A stretch of 64,000 nucleotides of DNA from Octopus vulgaris (GCA_951406725.2 OX597823.1:9548001-9612000), one strand, 5' to 3'. Counted from the first letter of the stretch, positions 25,157-39,151 are shown. Numbers and translations are program-made. Notes: generated by a model from the letters alone, not told the origin.

Positions 25157-25667
25157 AATGTGAGGTATACTTGCCATCTCAATATGGCTAACCACTAAGG
25201 GTGGGTGTTACTGTAGTTTGTAGCCCCAGGAGATCATCGTCTCCAGCTGGCTGTAGGCACACTTTCTGTGCTATTATGGTATCTGCAAAGAGAGGTCATC
25301 CCTCTCTCGTAAACTGATACGCCCGGACTGCAGTTTCTAGGTATTGACCTGTCGTCGGCGTACGACAACTACCGGTTTTCGGCACATCTCTTCATCGAAA
25401 ACTGGTGATTGTCGTACGCCAACGACAGGTCAATACCTAGAAACTGCAGTCCGGGCGTATCACTTAGGTTGACAGGGGAGGGATGACTTCCCTTTGCAAA
25501 TACCATAAGAGCACAGAAAGTGTGCCTAAAGTCAGCTGGAGACGATGTTCTCCTGGGGCTACAAGCTACAGTAACACCCACCCATAGTGGTTAGCCATAT
25601 TGAGATGGCAAGTATACCTCACATTGTCGTGCAGTTACTGTTTGTACCTCGTTCAGAGGTTTATTAT

Positions 25668-25671
<4 letters not shown>
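25157..25671. mobile_element. Foldback element in (TA)n (arms 25157-25381 and 25396-25625)
   Basis: ~225-bp diverged inverted arms with a 14-nt loop. Confidence 0.8.
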
Positions 25672-25752
<81 letters not shown>

Positions 25753-25764
25753 CATATATATATA

Positions 25765-26605
25765 CTAGCAGAATTGCCCGGCGTTGCTCGGGGCTGAATT
25801 GCTTGAAAGTACTGTTAATGATTGCACTGAATTATGATGATTATTCAGGCAAATATTGATATAAGTTTACGGTGGGAGATAAGGACTTAACGATCAAACG
25901 TGTGCCTTTGCATTGTTTTGGGGGAACCAAATTTCTGATGAGCATTATAGGGGCACCAACTTTAAGTTTGAGAAAGTGTGGTGGTAGTCCGGGGTGCTCA
26001 AAGGAATTGAGTACCTCTATTGGATAGTTGATGACGTCCTCTGGGTCAGGAGTTGTATCGATAGACTGATATACATAGACTTCCCCAGGAATGAGTTTTA
26101 GCTTTTCATCATTAATATGGTGAGCAGTTTTATTCCTCGGGGCCAGTATAGCCTTTTTGCCAATCCAATCCATATTCTGATAATTAGCTTCTAGATCTGG
26201 GAACACTGCATCTCTGAGATCAGAAGGCGTCTTAACAATGGTACAAATGGAATCGATGGCAATATTACCATTTTCATCCCCTGGTATTTTGCCTTCGCCA
26301 AGTGCAAGGAGGGTGTGAGGAAATGCTGCTGATGTGATATTACGTCGCATATGAGCATATTGGTGTGAAGTTTGAGAGTTACTTCCCTTTATTTAAAAAA
26401 ATATGCATTAAAATGGAAAAAAATGATTTTAAAATATTTGTAAAATCATAGACTCATCGTAGACGCGCGCTAATACCCAGAAGGACTCGATATGAATCAC
26501 GACTATAAGATATCCGGTTTTGGTTAAACTGCATCGCAAAATGTGGGAGTAGTTAGGAATCTAAATCGGAGTAGACAGACACACAACCTTTCTTTTATAT
26601 ATAAA
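25765..26605 (-). mobile_element. Internally deleted Helitron carrying a helicase fragment
   Basis: Hairpin plus CTAG|T at the left end; 5' part matches 13893-14100. Confidence 0.9.
25841..26350 (-). pseudogene. Helitron RepHel Pif1-type helicase fragment
   Basis: LLALGEG, AILAPRN, YPIEVLNS..PGLPPHFLKLKVGAPIMLIRNL..K.C.GTRL are Pif1 motifs of Helitron helicases. Confidence 0.92.
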
Positions 26606-27268
26606 CTAGCAGTATCGCCCGGCGTTGCTCGGGTTTGTAAGGGAAATAACTATATAAGCATTTTTAGAGAGTTACTTCCCTTATAAATTCGGGCTTTCTT
26701 AGCCATTTTTGTTTTCGTGTCTTCAAGCCATGAAGTCGTTGTTCTAAAAGAACGCTGGTTTCCTTCACAACGCATTACGACGTTGATTTCTTTACACTCC
26801 CTTCCCCACAGCATAAGCATTTTTAGAGAGTTACTTCCCTTATGAATTCGGGCTTTCTTAGCCATTTTTGTTTTGGTGTCTTCAAGCCATGAAGTCGTTG
26901 TTCTAAAAGAACGCTGGTTTCCTTCAACGCATTACGACGTTGATTTCTTTACACTCCCTTCCCCACAGCTTCACGAGGGAGGGAAGGGGGAGAAGCAAAC
27001 AGGTGCAGCTGTGAGCGTGGACGCCAACTCCGCCGCCATCGACATACGATGCATTTTATGCATTAAAATGGAATAAAAAATGATGTTAAATTATTTTTAA
27101 AATCGTAGACTCATCGTTGACGCGCGCTAATAGTCAGACGGGCTCGATATGAATCACGACTATAAGATACCCGAATTTGGTTAAACTGCACCGCAAAATG
27201 TGGGAGGAGTTAGGAATCTAAATCGAAGAGGACAGACACTCACACAACTAGAGTTTTATATATATAGA
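26606..27268 (-). mobile_element. Non-autonomous Helitron with internal ~159-bp tandem duplication
   Basis: A|TC at 27268, hairpin plus CTAG at 26606; duplicated units start at 26654 and 26813. Confidence 0.9.
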
Positions 27269-27270
27269 TA

Positions 27271-27951
27271 TTTTCGTCCTAAAAAACTTTGTATGGATTG
27301 AATGGTTACCTCTATGGAAATATATACACGCACATTATACATACATGTGTGTATAGATGAATATATAAATACATTTAAATATCTATATACACATTTGGGC
27401 GATCTTTCTGTTTCTTAGAGATAACTTTAGATCTTATTTCGTCCTAAAAAAATTTGTATGGAGTGAATGGTTACCTCTATGGAAATATATATACACACGT
27501 TATACATACATGTGTGCATAGATGAATATATAAATACATTTATATATCTATATACACTTTTGGGCGATCTTTGTGCTACTTAGAGATAACTTTAGATCTT
27601 ATTTTCGTCCTAAAAAACTTTGTGCGGAGTGAATGGTTACGTCTATGGAAATATATACACGCACATTATACATACATCTGTGTATAGATGAATATATAAA
27701 TACATTTAAATATCTATATACACTTTTGGGCGATCTTTCTGCTACTTGTATATACTTTAGATCTTATATTCGTCCTAAAAAACTTTGTATGGAGTGAAAG
27801 GTTACCTCTATGGAAATATATACACACACATTATACATACATCTGTGTATAGATGAATATATAAATACATTTAAATATCTATATACACCTTTGGGCGATC
27901 TTTCTGCTACTTGGATATACTGTAGGTCTTATATTCGTCCTAAAAAACTTT
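27271..27951. repeat. Tandem repeat, ~165-bp unit, about 4.1 copies
   Basis: CGTCCTAAAAAA recurs at 27275, 27440, 27606, 27771 and 27936. Confidence 0.93.
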
Positions 27952-28220
27952 CCTGTCACACACTCACGCACACGCACACACACACACACACACACACATG
28001 CACCCTCACACACACACACACACGTTAGCTTACAATTTTATTTATATATTTGCGTGTCTATGTGTGTAAAGAGGAAGTGGGAATACAGAATGAAAGAGTC
28101 ACTACAAAAAGTGAATTACTTTCAGTTTAATCGTTGCTCCGTTTGTGTGTGTGTGCGTGTGCGTGCGCTGTAGCCCACACTAAGAAAAGCATTTGACTTG
28201 TACACCACAATGTGAGTTTT

Positions 28221-28389
28221 CTCTAAATTTTGCTTAATTGGGGTTGAAATTTTAAAAACTGGACCTGGCACGACCCGATGCATTCTACTCTTAAAAATGC
28301 TAGGTAAATTGTAATTGAAGAAATCCTATATTGTAGAATTCTATAAGAGACAAAGGGAGGCAGATAAAATCTGCCTTTTATAATAAGAG

Positions 28390-28390
<1 letters not shown>
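28221..28390 (-). mobile_element. Possible Helitron 5' fragment
   Basis: Minus strand starts A|TCTCTTATTATAAAAGGCAG, like the 5' ends of the other Helitrons here; no 3' end seen. Confidence 0.4.
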
Positions 28391-28464
<74 letters not shown>

Positions 28465-28498
28465 TACATATGTGTGCGTGTGTATATATATATTATAT

Positions 28499-28682
28499 TA
28501 TTTCTTTATTGTCCACAGAGGGCTAAACATAGAGGGGACAAACAAGGACAGACAAAGGACATAAGTCGGTTAGATCGACTCCAGGGCGTAACTGGTACTT
28601 AATTTATCGACACCGAAAGGATGAAAGGCAAAGTCGACCTCGGCGGGATTTGAACTCAGAACGTACCGGCAGACGAAATGCC
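28499..28682 (-). mobile_element. SINE family B, 5'-truncated
   Basis: Reverse complement of the family B body and tail. Confidence 0.85.
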
Positions 28683-28691
28683 GTGCGTGTG

Positions 28692-28723
<32 letters not shown>

Positions 28724-29097
28724 TACGTACGTATATATATACATATGTGTTGTATAACTGTTTGCATGTGAGTGTAAATATAGAGACAACTCCCTTAGTA
28801 GCTTAACGGTTACTAGGAGGTTCATTTACCTACAGCAATTTAACAGGTTCACCGGGATATGGAAACTTCGTAATAGTTTCTACCTGAAACAACATTTGAC
28901 AGTAATCGCAATAAATCAGACACAAACGCATATAAATGTCTAAGCATATTTATATTTTATATTGTGAGTGCTTGATAGAAAGACAGAATGTATGTATGTA
29001 TGTATGTATCTATCTATATATCTATCAATCTTCTTTTCTTCTGTTCCTCTTCCCTTTTTTCTTTTTTTTTCTTTTCCTTTTTCTTCTTTTTTTGTTC

Positions 29098-29239
29098 TTT
29101 TTTCCCTTTTACGATCCCTTTTGATCGAAAACCTACGCCACCTTTTTTTTTTCTCCCCCAAAAGAAAAGCTCTACCTTGTAACTTGTCCCATCTGTGTGC
29201 AACCCTGTGTGGCCAATAAAGAAACTTATCTATCTATCC

Positions 29240-29282
<43 letters not shown>

Positions 29283-29458
29283 CATCTATCTATCTATCTA
29301 TCTATCCATCCATCTATCTATCTATCTATCATTTTTTTCCCTTTTACGATCCCTTTTGATCGAAAACCTACCCCACCTTTTTTTCCTCCCCAAAATGAAA
29401 AGCTCTACCTTGTAATTTGTCCCGTCTGTGTCAGCCCTGTGTGGCTAATAAAGAAACA

Positions 29459-29554
<96 letters not shown>

Positions 29555-29556
29555 CC

Positions 29557-29612
<56 letters not shown>

Positions 29613-29613
29613 C

Positions 29614-29650
<37 letters not shown>
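29098..29650. repeat. Two ~125-bp units each followed by (TATC)n
   Basis: 29098-29225 is repeated at 29333-29458. Confidence 0.88.
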
Positions 29651-29669
<19 letters not shown>

Positions 29670-29870
29670 ATCTGTTGTTTAACGGGGAATACTACTTCAA
29701 TCGTGTCTATACCCTTTACTTTCCAAAGAAATATATACGCCTTCCATAAAGTTATATTCCATTAAATATATAACCCAATCTACAATTCATGCATTTACGA
29801 ACAAGACCCGTCTCCGTTTCAAATAAACGTGTTGCTGAGCGTGTGTATCTCTCTCTCTCTCTCTCTCTCT

Positions 29871-29913
<43 letters not shown>

Positions 29914-32074
29914 CGTACGTTATACACACTCACACATATATGGGGAGGGAGAGATATTTATTTATATATTTATGTTTACTATTATTGCACTTCGTTGGGA
30001 AACAATATCTCCTCTAGAGAACTATCTACGCAAAACCATCGAAGATTCCAGACAGATACCAAGTAGTTCCCGATGAATGTAGGCTTAATAAAAAAAGTAT
30101 AATAAATAAACTAGAAGTCAATAAAGTAATGGAATAAGACAAAGAAATAAAAATAATAATAATAACACTCGCAAAAACAAAAACAACGACGATAATAATA
30201 ACACTACTACTACTACAACTACCATTGCTACTAATAATAATATTAATAATAACAACAATAATGGTATGAAAAAATTCATAGTATAACATTAAAAAGAGAA
30301 TAATATCGTCGAAGATTGAAAACATGCAACAATATAAGACATAAAGGCCAGATATATAATTATAGAAGACTTTGGACATATTGAGTTTTAGAACGATATA
30401 GATATGAAATGATAGCTCTGCTGCTGCTGCTGTTGTTTTTGTTGTTGTATTTGTTGCTGCTGGCTGTGTTGATGTCGTTCGTTGTACCGTTGATCGCTGC
30501 CATCGTTGTGTGCGCTGCGAGTTTTACTGCTACCGATGCTCCTGTTGAGTGCTGTAATAATAATGATAATTTCAAACAATAAAGATTATGGTAGCTACGA
30601 TGCTACTGATTATGATGGTGAGGATGCTGATGAAATAAATGGCCGGTGATGATGATGATGATGATGGCGATGAGGGAGAGAATGAAAAGAATGAAATGTA
30701 TATAAGTATAGGAAAAAGGAAGTCGGAGAGAATGGTATGTTATTAAATTTTTTGATATTCATAATGTTGATGCGTTCTTGCAAAAGCTGACGTAGACTAC
30801 GACGATGTGGGTGGGTTACAGCATATAAAATAACAAAGTGATTGCTTTTAGCAATGAAACGTATACGGTAACGATGATTCCCATCCACAGACATATATCT
30901 GTTCATATCTAGACAGTAATCTAAGCGTTGATATCGTTCAGTCTTCCTTAGCAAAGAACTTATGAATGAAGAAGTAAATAAATGAACACTCTTGTAATAT
31001 AAAACCTTTTCAAATACTCTTAATTGACTGGAAAGGATAAGTTAAAAACGCTTTTTATTGAATCAGTGAAAGAAGCGATATAGCGAGTCTCGTCTCTTCA
31101 AGCCTATTGTCTGCATAAAAGTATTAGAAATGTATTTAGAAGTAAATTGCTCCGACTCTGAATGATTCTGCCTTTATCGTTCATTCTGTATATCTTTCTA
31201 CATCTCTCTCTCTCTCTCTCTCTCTCTGTATATTTCTCTTGTATATCTATGTCTTAGATGAAGAGCAGTACCCATGACTGTTTAAAGTTCCCTCAGGGTT
31301 AATGTAAGGGAAATTAAAATAAAATCATTTAACCTAAAACTGCAAATGTGATTCAAATGCTTCTAAAATTGTGAACACTTCTAAAACACCCAATTATCAG
31401 GAGCTGGTGTCGTGCTATGTAATTGATGAAGCCTAAGATCTAAAAATAATTGCGTGTTCTCCGACGGACCTCTACACATCCCTGTCTTCCAAGCTCCCTC
31501 CATAAAGATTTGTTTGACTATAGGCTATGCTAGAAGACCATTAATTATTGTACTACACAGTACAATCGAACAAGTAAACAACATAGTTGCGAATAGCTTT
31601 TGTTATCAGCGTACCAATATTCATTAAAAATTCTGTTTAATGTTTTCATTTTATTCTGCTACCAAATTCTTACTCTTCTCTCAATCATGTAACTAACAAT
31701 ACTCTTAATGAGATCGCAGTCTTACTCATCCTTCGGGTAAACTTACTAAATAGAACGAACGTTGTTTTCTATCATTACTCATATGAAAATAGGTGCATAT
31801 TTTCAATCACAGATAATTAATCAAAGGAAGACTCCACTAGTGTGTCGCATATCTCCTTTTCTCGTCCTGCTCATGTAGTCCTTGACTAACTGAGCTTAAG
31901 GTGAAACATCCCATGGATTAGGATTATCAACCACGGAAGGAGAGGAGCAGATTTTTGTTACTTAGATGAACCCCACCGCCCTTACCAAATATGCATATTA
32001 TCACCAAGACAGGAGATCAATTATGATTTATTCGTGAATCAGAGTTGTTCGAAAGCCAGTGCTCTACTGTATAC

Positions 32075-32488
<414 letters not shown>

Positions 32489-32589
32489 GTGGCGATTGTA
32501 GTGGCGGTTTATTTCTTTATATTAAAAATTTTTATGTATTGATTAAGTCTTTCCTTGTTTGTTTTGCAAAATAGTGGTTTTATCTCGAA

Positions 32590-32619
<30 letters not shown>

Positions 32620-32620
<1 letters not shown>

Positions 32621-32800
32621 GTTAAAGTTAATCCAAACAAGAAAACACAAAAAAAAACCACAACAACGCAAGGTCGGGGAACAAATATAGTATTATTGGA
32701 CGTTTCGAGCGGAGCTCTTCGTCGGAAACATAGGAGAAGGAAAGATCCCGAGAAGAGAAGACAGAGGGAAAAAATCGCCAACGGTACACACGAGGTCACA
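32620..32800 (-). mobile_element. CCGACGA-hammerhead element, internally deleted copy
   Basis: Reverse complement of 56002-56217, lacking the segment after GAAACGT. Confidence 0.8.
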
Positions 32801-32842
32801 TGTATGGTTGTGTGTATGTGTGTCTTTAAAAAATGGGGGTGG

Positions 32843-32882
<40 letters not shown>

Positions 32883-33341
32883 ACATTACTGGATGACACA
32901 GTGAACTGCGACCCAAAGCAATTAAAAGCGAAGGATAGAAATCTAAACGTTGTCCAGATTTTCGTGTTAGCGCCGGACCAGTTGTCACACGTATCGCTTG
33001 GTTCTTTCTCAGATCAAATTTCACTATAGTCTATGGACTGATTGAGTTACACACGGTATCTGGTGTGAGATTCTTTTGTTAATTTTGTTTCAAATGATGC
33101 GGTGCACGTGTGGTTCTATATTCATATATATAAGTATTCAGATTTAAATTAATTCGACATCCCTGCTTCATGTCAAATTTATTGACGTTATCATTTTAAC
33201 ATCTTTCCATTGATACACCGTTTCTTAGGTATCCATCACATCAGACTGGCCATCAAGGTACCAGATTTTTAGTAGAGATTATATGCCTGTTTTATCCGTA
33301 CACAAGAGCGCATCTGTGTGTGAGTGTGTATATATATATAT

Positions 33342-33568
33342 GGCGAGCTGGAAGAAACGGTAGCACGCCGGGCGAAATGCGTAACCGTATTTCGTCTGCC
33401 GTTACGTTCTGAGTTCAAATTCCGCCGCGGTCGACTTTGCCTGTCATCCTTTCGGGGTCGATAAATTAAGTACCATTTACGCACTGGGGTCGATGGAATC
33501 GACTTAATCGCTGTGTCTGTCCTTGTTTGTCCCCTCTGTGTTTAGCCCCTTGTGGGTAGTAAAGAAAT
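33342..33568 (+). mobile_element. SINE family B in (TA)n
   Basis: Family match. Confidence 0.9.
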
Positions 33569-33738
33569 ATATATATGGCTGGTAGGTGAGTGTGTGAATG
33601 TGTATACGTGAAGCTGGTGAATGAATGTATCTATGAGTCTATCTATCTAGCTATCTGTCTGTCTGTCCCATGTCTCTCTCTTTCTCTCTGTTTTTGTCTG
33701 TCTGCCTCTCTCTCTCTCTCTCTCATGATATATGTATA

Positions 33739-33793
<55 letters not shown>

Positions 33794-33797
33794 TCGC

Positions 33798-33973
33798 CAT
33801 GATAGATCGCTAGCCACTACACATTCTTTATTTTCTCTACTTGTTTCTTTCTGTGTTCCTTTCTGTGGGAGAAAGTAGGCTCGAAACGCTAAAGACTTTT
33901 TCACTTCCCGAGCTTTATACTAATACACCTGTTTGCTGCCTACACCACCTGTATTGGTTCTTTTGTGAATTCT

Positions 33974-33977
<4 letters not shown>
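33798..33977 (+). mobile_element. Short (TA)n-embedded element (CTGTNGA hammerhead-like family)
   Basis: Second copy at 53492-53642. Confidence 0.75.
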
Positions 33978-34035
<58 letters not shown>

Positions 34036-34224
34036 ATCCGAGTTTGGTTGTGTATTGATGAATGTATTAATCAATGAAATTCTAAACTCGTCTGATATTC
34101 ACGTTTTATTATTTACAACATTTCCAGTTTTACAATATTATAATAATAGAATATTATACATTTATTGTGATAAAGGTAGTACTTCCAGGCGTATATATGT
34201 ATATATACTTTCATTCATGAGTGG

Positions 34225-34570
34225 AAGAAAAACTTATATAAAATGTAAAACTTATGGATCCCAAAGGAGTAACAAAGATGCATATTGGAATGACAAGCAA
34301 CTCGTTCAAAGAATGATAAGACAACACCTGGCGTCATAAAAGACACGCAACATGCTTATCTAATATGATATGGACAATGAAAGAAGGGAGATAAGTAAAC
34401 TCCATATAAAATGGAACATCATTGCTACAGACAGAAAATACAGAGGACATGATGCCAAGTGTGAACTCTGTACCGCTGAAAAACTAAATATCATACAGTA
34501 AGCAGGTAACATTTGATATTAAGCTTTCTCTCCCGGCATGCACAAGCAATATTTGACACTTAGACACTTT
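34225..34570 (+). pseudogene. Penelope-like GIY-YIG endonuclease remnant
   Basis: Frameshifted: YIKCK..., KMHIGMTSNSFKE, RQHLAS, ATCLSNMIWTMKE, IKWNII...KY....KCELCTAEKLNII. Confidence 0.85.
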
Positions 34571-35037
34571 TAAAAGGAACCACCACCCGCGACATTACCC
34601 TATAAAAATTGAACACACATAGAAGAAATATGAACTCCACATATAGACGAAACATGCCCCTTGACATACTACTACAGCGCTTAAACATACGAATATGAGA
34701 TATACCCAGAATGTAATATAATATAATATAATACATTTACCATCTAATATGACTGTTTTCCCAAAAGTCAAATACAAAGGAGATAACCATTCAAAAGGTG
34801 TCAACGACGTGTAGAACAGCTGGATTTATTGTTTTCGTTACGAGGTTATCTGCGAAGTCAAGACACTGTATTTTCATTCAAAATAGAGACAAGCACCATT
34901 CTTCAATGTCATTGTCTAGAAAGATTGTTGATATATTTTCCTATTTTTCTTAACATGATACCAATGGTAGATTTAATATACAAATAAAGAAATTCAATCC
35001 ACTAATTGAGTACGCATTGTCGTCGTTCCACATTGGC

Positions 35038-35091
<54 letters not shown>

Positions 35092-35104
35092 ATATATATA
35101 CATA

Positions 35105-35192
<88 letters not shown>

Positions 35193-35204
35193 TATATATG
35201 TATG

Positions 35205-35482
35205 CTCTCTTTACTCTTTTACTTGTTTCAGTCATTTGACTACGGCCATGCTGGAGCACCGCCTTTAGTCGAGCAAATCGACCCCGGGACTTATTCTTTG
35301 TAAGCCCACTATTTATTCTATCGGTCTCTTTTGCCGAACCGCTAAGTGACGGGGACGTAAACACACCAGCATCAGTTGTCAAGCAATGCTAGGGGGACAA
35401 ACACACACACACACACAAACCTGAACACGAAACTATGTGGTTGGTTAGCAAGCTACTTTCCACACAGCCGCTCCTGCGCCTA
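35205..35482 (-). mobile_element. SINE family A, internally deleted
   Basis: Tail and head both present, middle missing. Confidence 0.87.
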
Positions 35483-35699
35483 TGTATAACAAAGATATTT
35501 TATTTCATACGGGCAGAAATATAGGAAAAATAGAAGTAGAAAATGCACTGAAAATTTTTGTTAAAATATTTTACGACCTAACAGATTTCATAGTTTACAC
35601 AGATTTTCAAAATGTTTAAAATAGAAATACCTGGCTTATGTCGCAGCTGTCTTTCTTCTGACTAGTGTTTATATGTATATGTATATGTATATATCTAGT

Positions 35700-35771
<72 letters not shown>

Positions 35772-35815
35772 TAATAGTTATCGCCAAGCTAATATGGAGA
35801 TCCATAAAAAATTAG

Positions 35816-35858
<43 letters not shown>

Positions 35859-35860
<2 letters not shown>

Positions 35861-36245
35861 CGCAGGAACATAGTTCCATGGCCAGTCCCACTGCGTGGCA
35901 TCTTGGGCAAGTGTCTTCTACTATAGCCACGGTCCGACCTTTTGAGTGGACTTCATGGACGGAAACTGAAAGAAGCCCGTCGTATATATGTATATATATA
36001 TATATATATATAGGTGTGTGTGTGTGTGAGTATATGTTTGTGTGTCTGTGTTTTTCTCCCCACCATCGCTTGACAACCGGTGCTGGTGTGTTTAGGTCCC
36101 CGTCAAATAGCGGTTCAGCAAAAGAAACCGACGTAATAAGTACTAGGCTTACAAAGCGTGAGTTCTGGGGTCGATTTGATTCGACTAAAGGCGGTGCTCT
36201 AGCATGACTACTGTCAAATGACTAAAACAAGTAAAAGAATAAATG
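35859..36245 (+). mobile_element. SINE family A
   Basis: Family match. Confidence 0.87.
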
Positions 36246-36410
36246 AACATATATATTGGACTTATGATTTTTATGCCGATTAGTGCGTTGACATTGTTAG
36301 TAGAGCCCTGGCACAGTTTCGTATATTTGATGTCATCCACAGTCGGGGTACATTTTTTTCTGCTGGATCTACTTAACGGACTCTGCAGTTTAGTTGAGAA
36401 AGGAATGATA

Positions 36411-36678
36411 ATTTAAGTGACCAGAAGATGGATTTGCTATTACTCTTTATTTTAAACAAGGGTCGTTTCGACCCATCCTACTGCTGTACCTTATGGGTGT
36501 TGTGTTGCATCCACTTTGCAGTCGGGTTCGCACCATGTACATTCATACATAAAGTTATGACTCACTAAAGATCCTGAGTTTTGGCTGTTCAGTTGTCATA
36601 TGTCTCACATGGGTTGAAACGACCGTTCTTCAAAATAATAAAGTTTAATACCAAATCCATCTTCTGGTTACTTGAATT
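36411..36678. mobile_element. Short element with inverted ends abutting (CTT)n
   Basis: 36411-36476 is inverted at 36609-36678; second copy at 48866-49050. Confidence 0.7.
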
Positions 36679-36711
36679 CTGCTTCTTCTTCTTCTTCTTC
36701 TTCTTCTTCTT

Positions 36712-36824
<113 letters not shown>

Positions 36825-36829
36825 CATTA

Positions 36830-37427
36830 TTCAGTAGTTTTATTTTTATAGCGTGCTTTCACTTCACTACCGAGCACAGCTCTGTGTGCCTTGGGTATGT
36901 GCTGTGATTTGTTGTGATGCTCTGATGGTTATTGTATGGAAAGTGTTCTGCATAGGATGTGTTCAGTGCCTAGTAGTGCAATTTTCTGTATGTTATATGT
37001 GTTTGTAAGTCCTGGTGTTTTTGTTATGCATTTGTCTGAATATGTTTTTATCATGCCTAATGCACCTACTATGATAGGAATTGTTTCTGTTTTCACATTC
37101 CACATTCTAGTTACCTCTATTTCCAGGTCTTTGTATTTGAGAGTTTCTCCATTTCTTTTAGAGACACGTTGTCATCTGCCGGTATTGATACATCAATTAG
37201 AAAGCATTTTTTTTCTTCATGATCTCTGACAACTATATCTGGTCTGTTGGCCTTAATTTCTCTATCTGTGTGTATCGGCATATCCCAGAGTATGGTTGCT
37301 TTCTCGTTGTCTGTGACCTTTTCTGGTGTGTGCCTATACCATCTTTTTTCTGTTGTTATTCTATAATGTTGGCATAGCTTACAATGTATGTAGGTTCCAA
37401 CTCTGTCATGTCTGTGAATATATTCCT

Positions 37428-37431
<4 letters not shown>
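36830..37431 (-). mobile_element. 5'-truncated R4/Dong-type LINE in (TAA)n (REL endonuclease)
   Basis: RHDRV...ILWDMPIHTDREIKANRPDIVV...FLIDVSIP (RH and PD-x-D motifs), one frameshift, 3' UTR, (TAA)n on both sides. Confidence 0.93.
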
Positions 37432-37495
<64 letters not shown>

Positions 37496-37981
37496 GTTAT
37501 TATTGTTATTATTATTTTTTTCCTTCTTCAAATTTTCTTCCATTTCTCGCCGAGTGTTTTCTTATTTTTTTCTTATTTTTCTTATTATTATTATTGAACC
37601 CAACATGTAATTTCAATCTTTTCATTGTTTTATAAACAAGACATTCTACTTTACACTTTTAATCACTTGCTTTCCTATTAATACTTCAGATATACTGATA
37701 AGGGTGGTGCACGAAAACTGCTCCATGAACACCAAATTTTGAACACACGAAGCGCGAATTGTTATACGCGGTCGACGGTTTCTCCTCGGATAAGTTATAA
37801 GCTGATACATTGCCTGATTTTATAAATATGAAGCTGAGTTGCAATATAATACTTCAATTTGTCTATCTTAGAAACATTTGATGGCAAGGTGTACTGGCAT
37901 ATTTTTTTAGGGGTGGTATTCACGTAATGACCCTATCTCAATTTTACATATTTGATTGCTCCCTGAATATTTCTGATTCTC

Positions 37982-38405
37982 TTTACTCTTTTACTCTTTT
38001 ACTTGTTTCAATCATTTCACTGAAGCCATGCTGGAGCACCGCCTTTAATCGAGCAACTCGACCCCGGGACTTATTCTTTCGTAAGCCCAGTACTTACTCT
38101 ATCGGTCCCTTTTGCCGAACCGCTAAGTAACGGGGAAGTAAACACACCAGCATCGGTTGTCAAGCAATGCTAGGGGACAAACACAGACACACAAACACAC
38201 ATGCATATATACATATATATAAATATATACATACATATATACGACGGGCTTCTTTCAATTTCCGTCTACCAAATCCACTCACAAGGCTTTGGTCGGCCCG
38301 AGGCTATAGTAGAAGACAGTTGCCCAAGGTGCCACGCAGTGGGACTGAACCCGGAACCATGTGGTTGGTAGACAAGCTACTTACCACACAGCCACTCCTG
38401 CGCCT
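37982..38405 (-). mobile_element. SINE family A, full length
   Basis: Family match. Confidence 0.92.
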
Positions 38406-39050
38406 ATTGGTCATATTTGATCTTTACTTTATGGTAACTATTAAACACTCATTGTAATATAATGCTATTTTCTTTTGTCATTCTCTACTTAGGTGAACCA
38501 TACTTGTTTATCAGTGAATTGAAATCGATTTTTGTCTTGCATATGCTGGAAATATTTTATTATTTTACATTTTTCATGTAGCTTTGATGAAATATTGCTG
38601 TTATTTTTACAGAATGTAAATTCCCAGCTCTTTGCACACTTAAGGTGAAAAACTGAATTTAAATCTCGGTCGTAATTCTTCGGTTACTCTCACTTTCATA
38701 TTATAGAACGAGACTAGCCGAGAAATTTCTTACAATATGTATATATATATATATATATATATCCGTAATAATGAAGGGTGAAATTAATTAATTTGGAATA
38801 ATTATCAATTACAACAAGTAGTCTTCGGCATGTAAAAGCCTCATTCGAGGAAAATTTAAGTAATACTAAGCAATAAAGGGTTTGGCAACGAATTGCCTTA
38901 CCACATACCGAATTTAGAAATAGCAGTCAAAGAGTTATAGCTATTTCTTCTACTAAAAAGGAGATCTCAGTAAAAACAGCAATTGGAAGGCAGACACAAA
39001 CAGGTAAGAGAGAATGAATTGACGGCAATCTATCATACAATTTTAAGTTA

Positions 39051-39151
39051 TCTACGGACGTACGTTTCGAAATCAAGTTTTTAGGAAAGCATAAGAATTA
39101 AATATTAAATAATTCTATCTTACCAAGAACTTCTTTTCTCTTCAGCGTAGA
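39051..39151 (-). ncRNA. Type-I hammerhead ribozyme motif
   Basis: Mirror copy of 39783-39883. Confidence 0.82.

Noticed and set aside
27271-27951. CRISPR-like array
   Set aside because: Whole units repeat with no unique spacers, the context is eukaryotic and there are no cas genes
30610-30954. 114-aa minus-strand ORF as a host exon
   Set aside because: No recognisable domain, non-ATG start, and it runs into simple repeats
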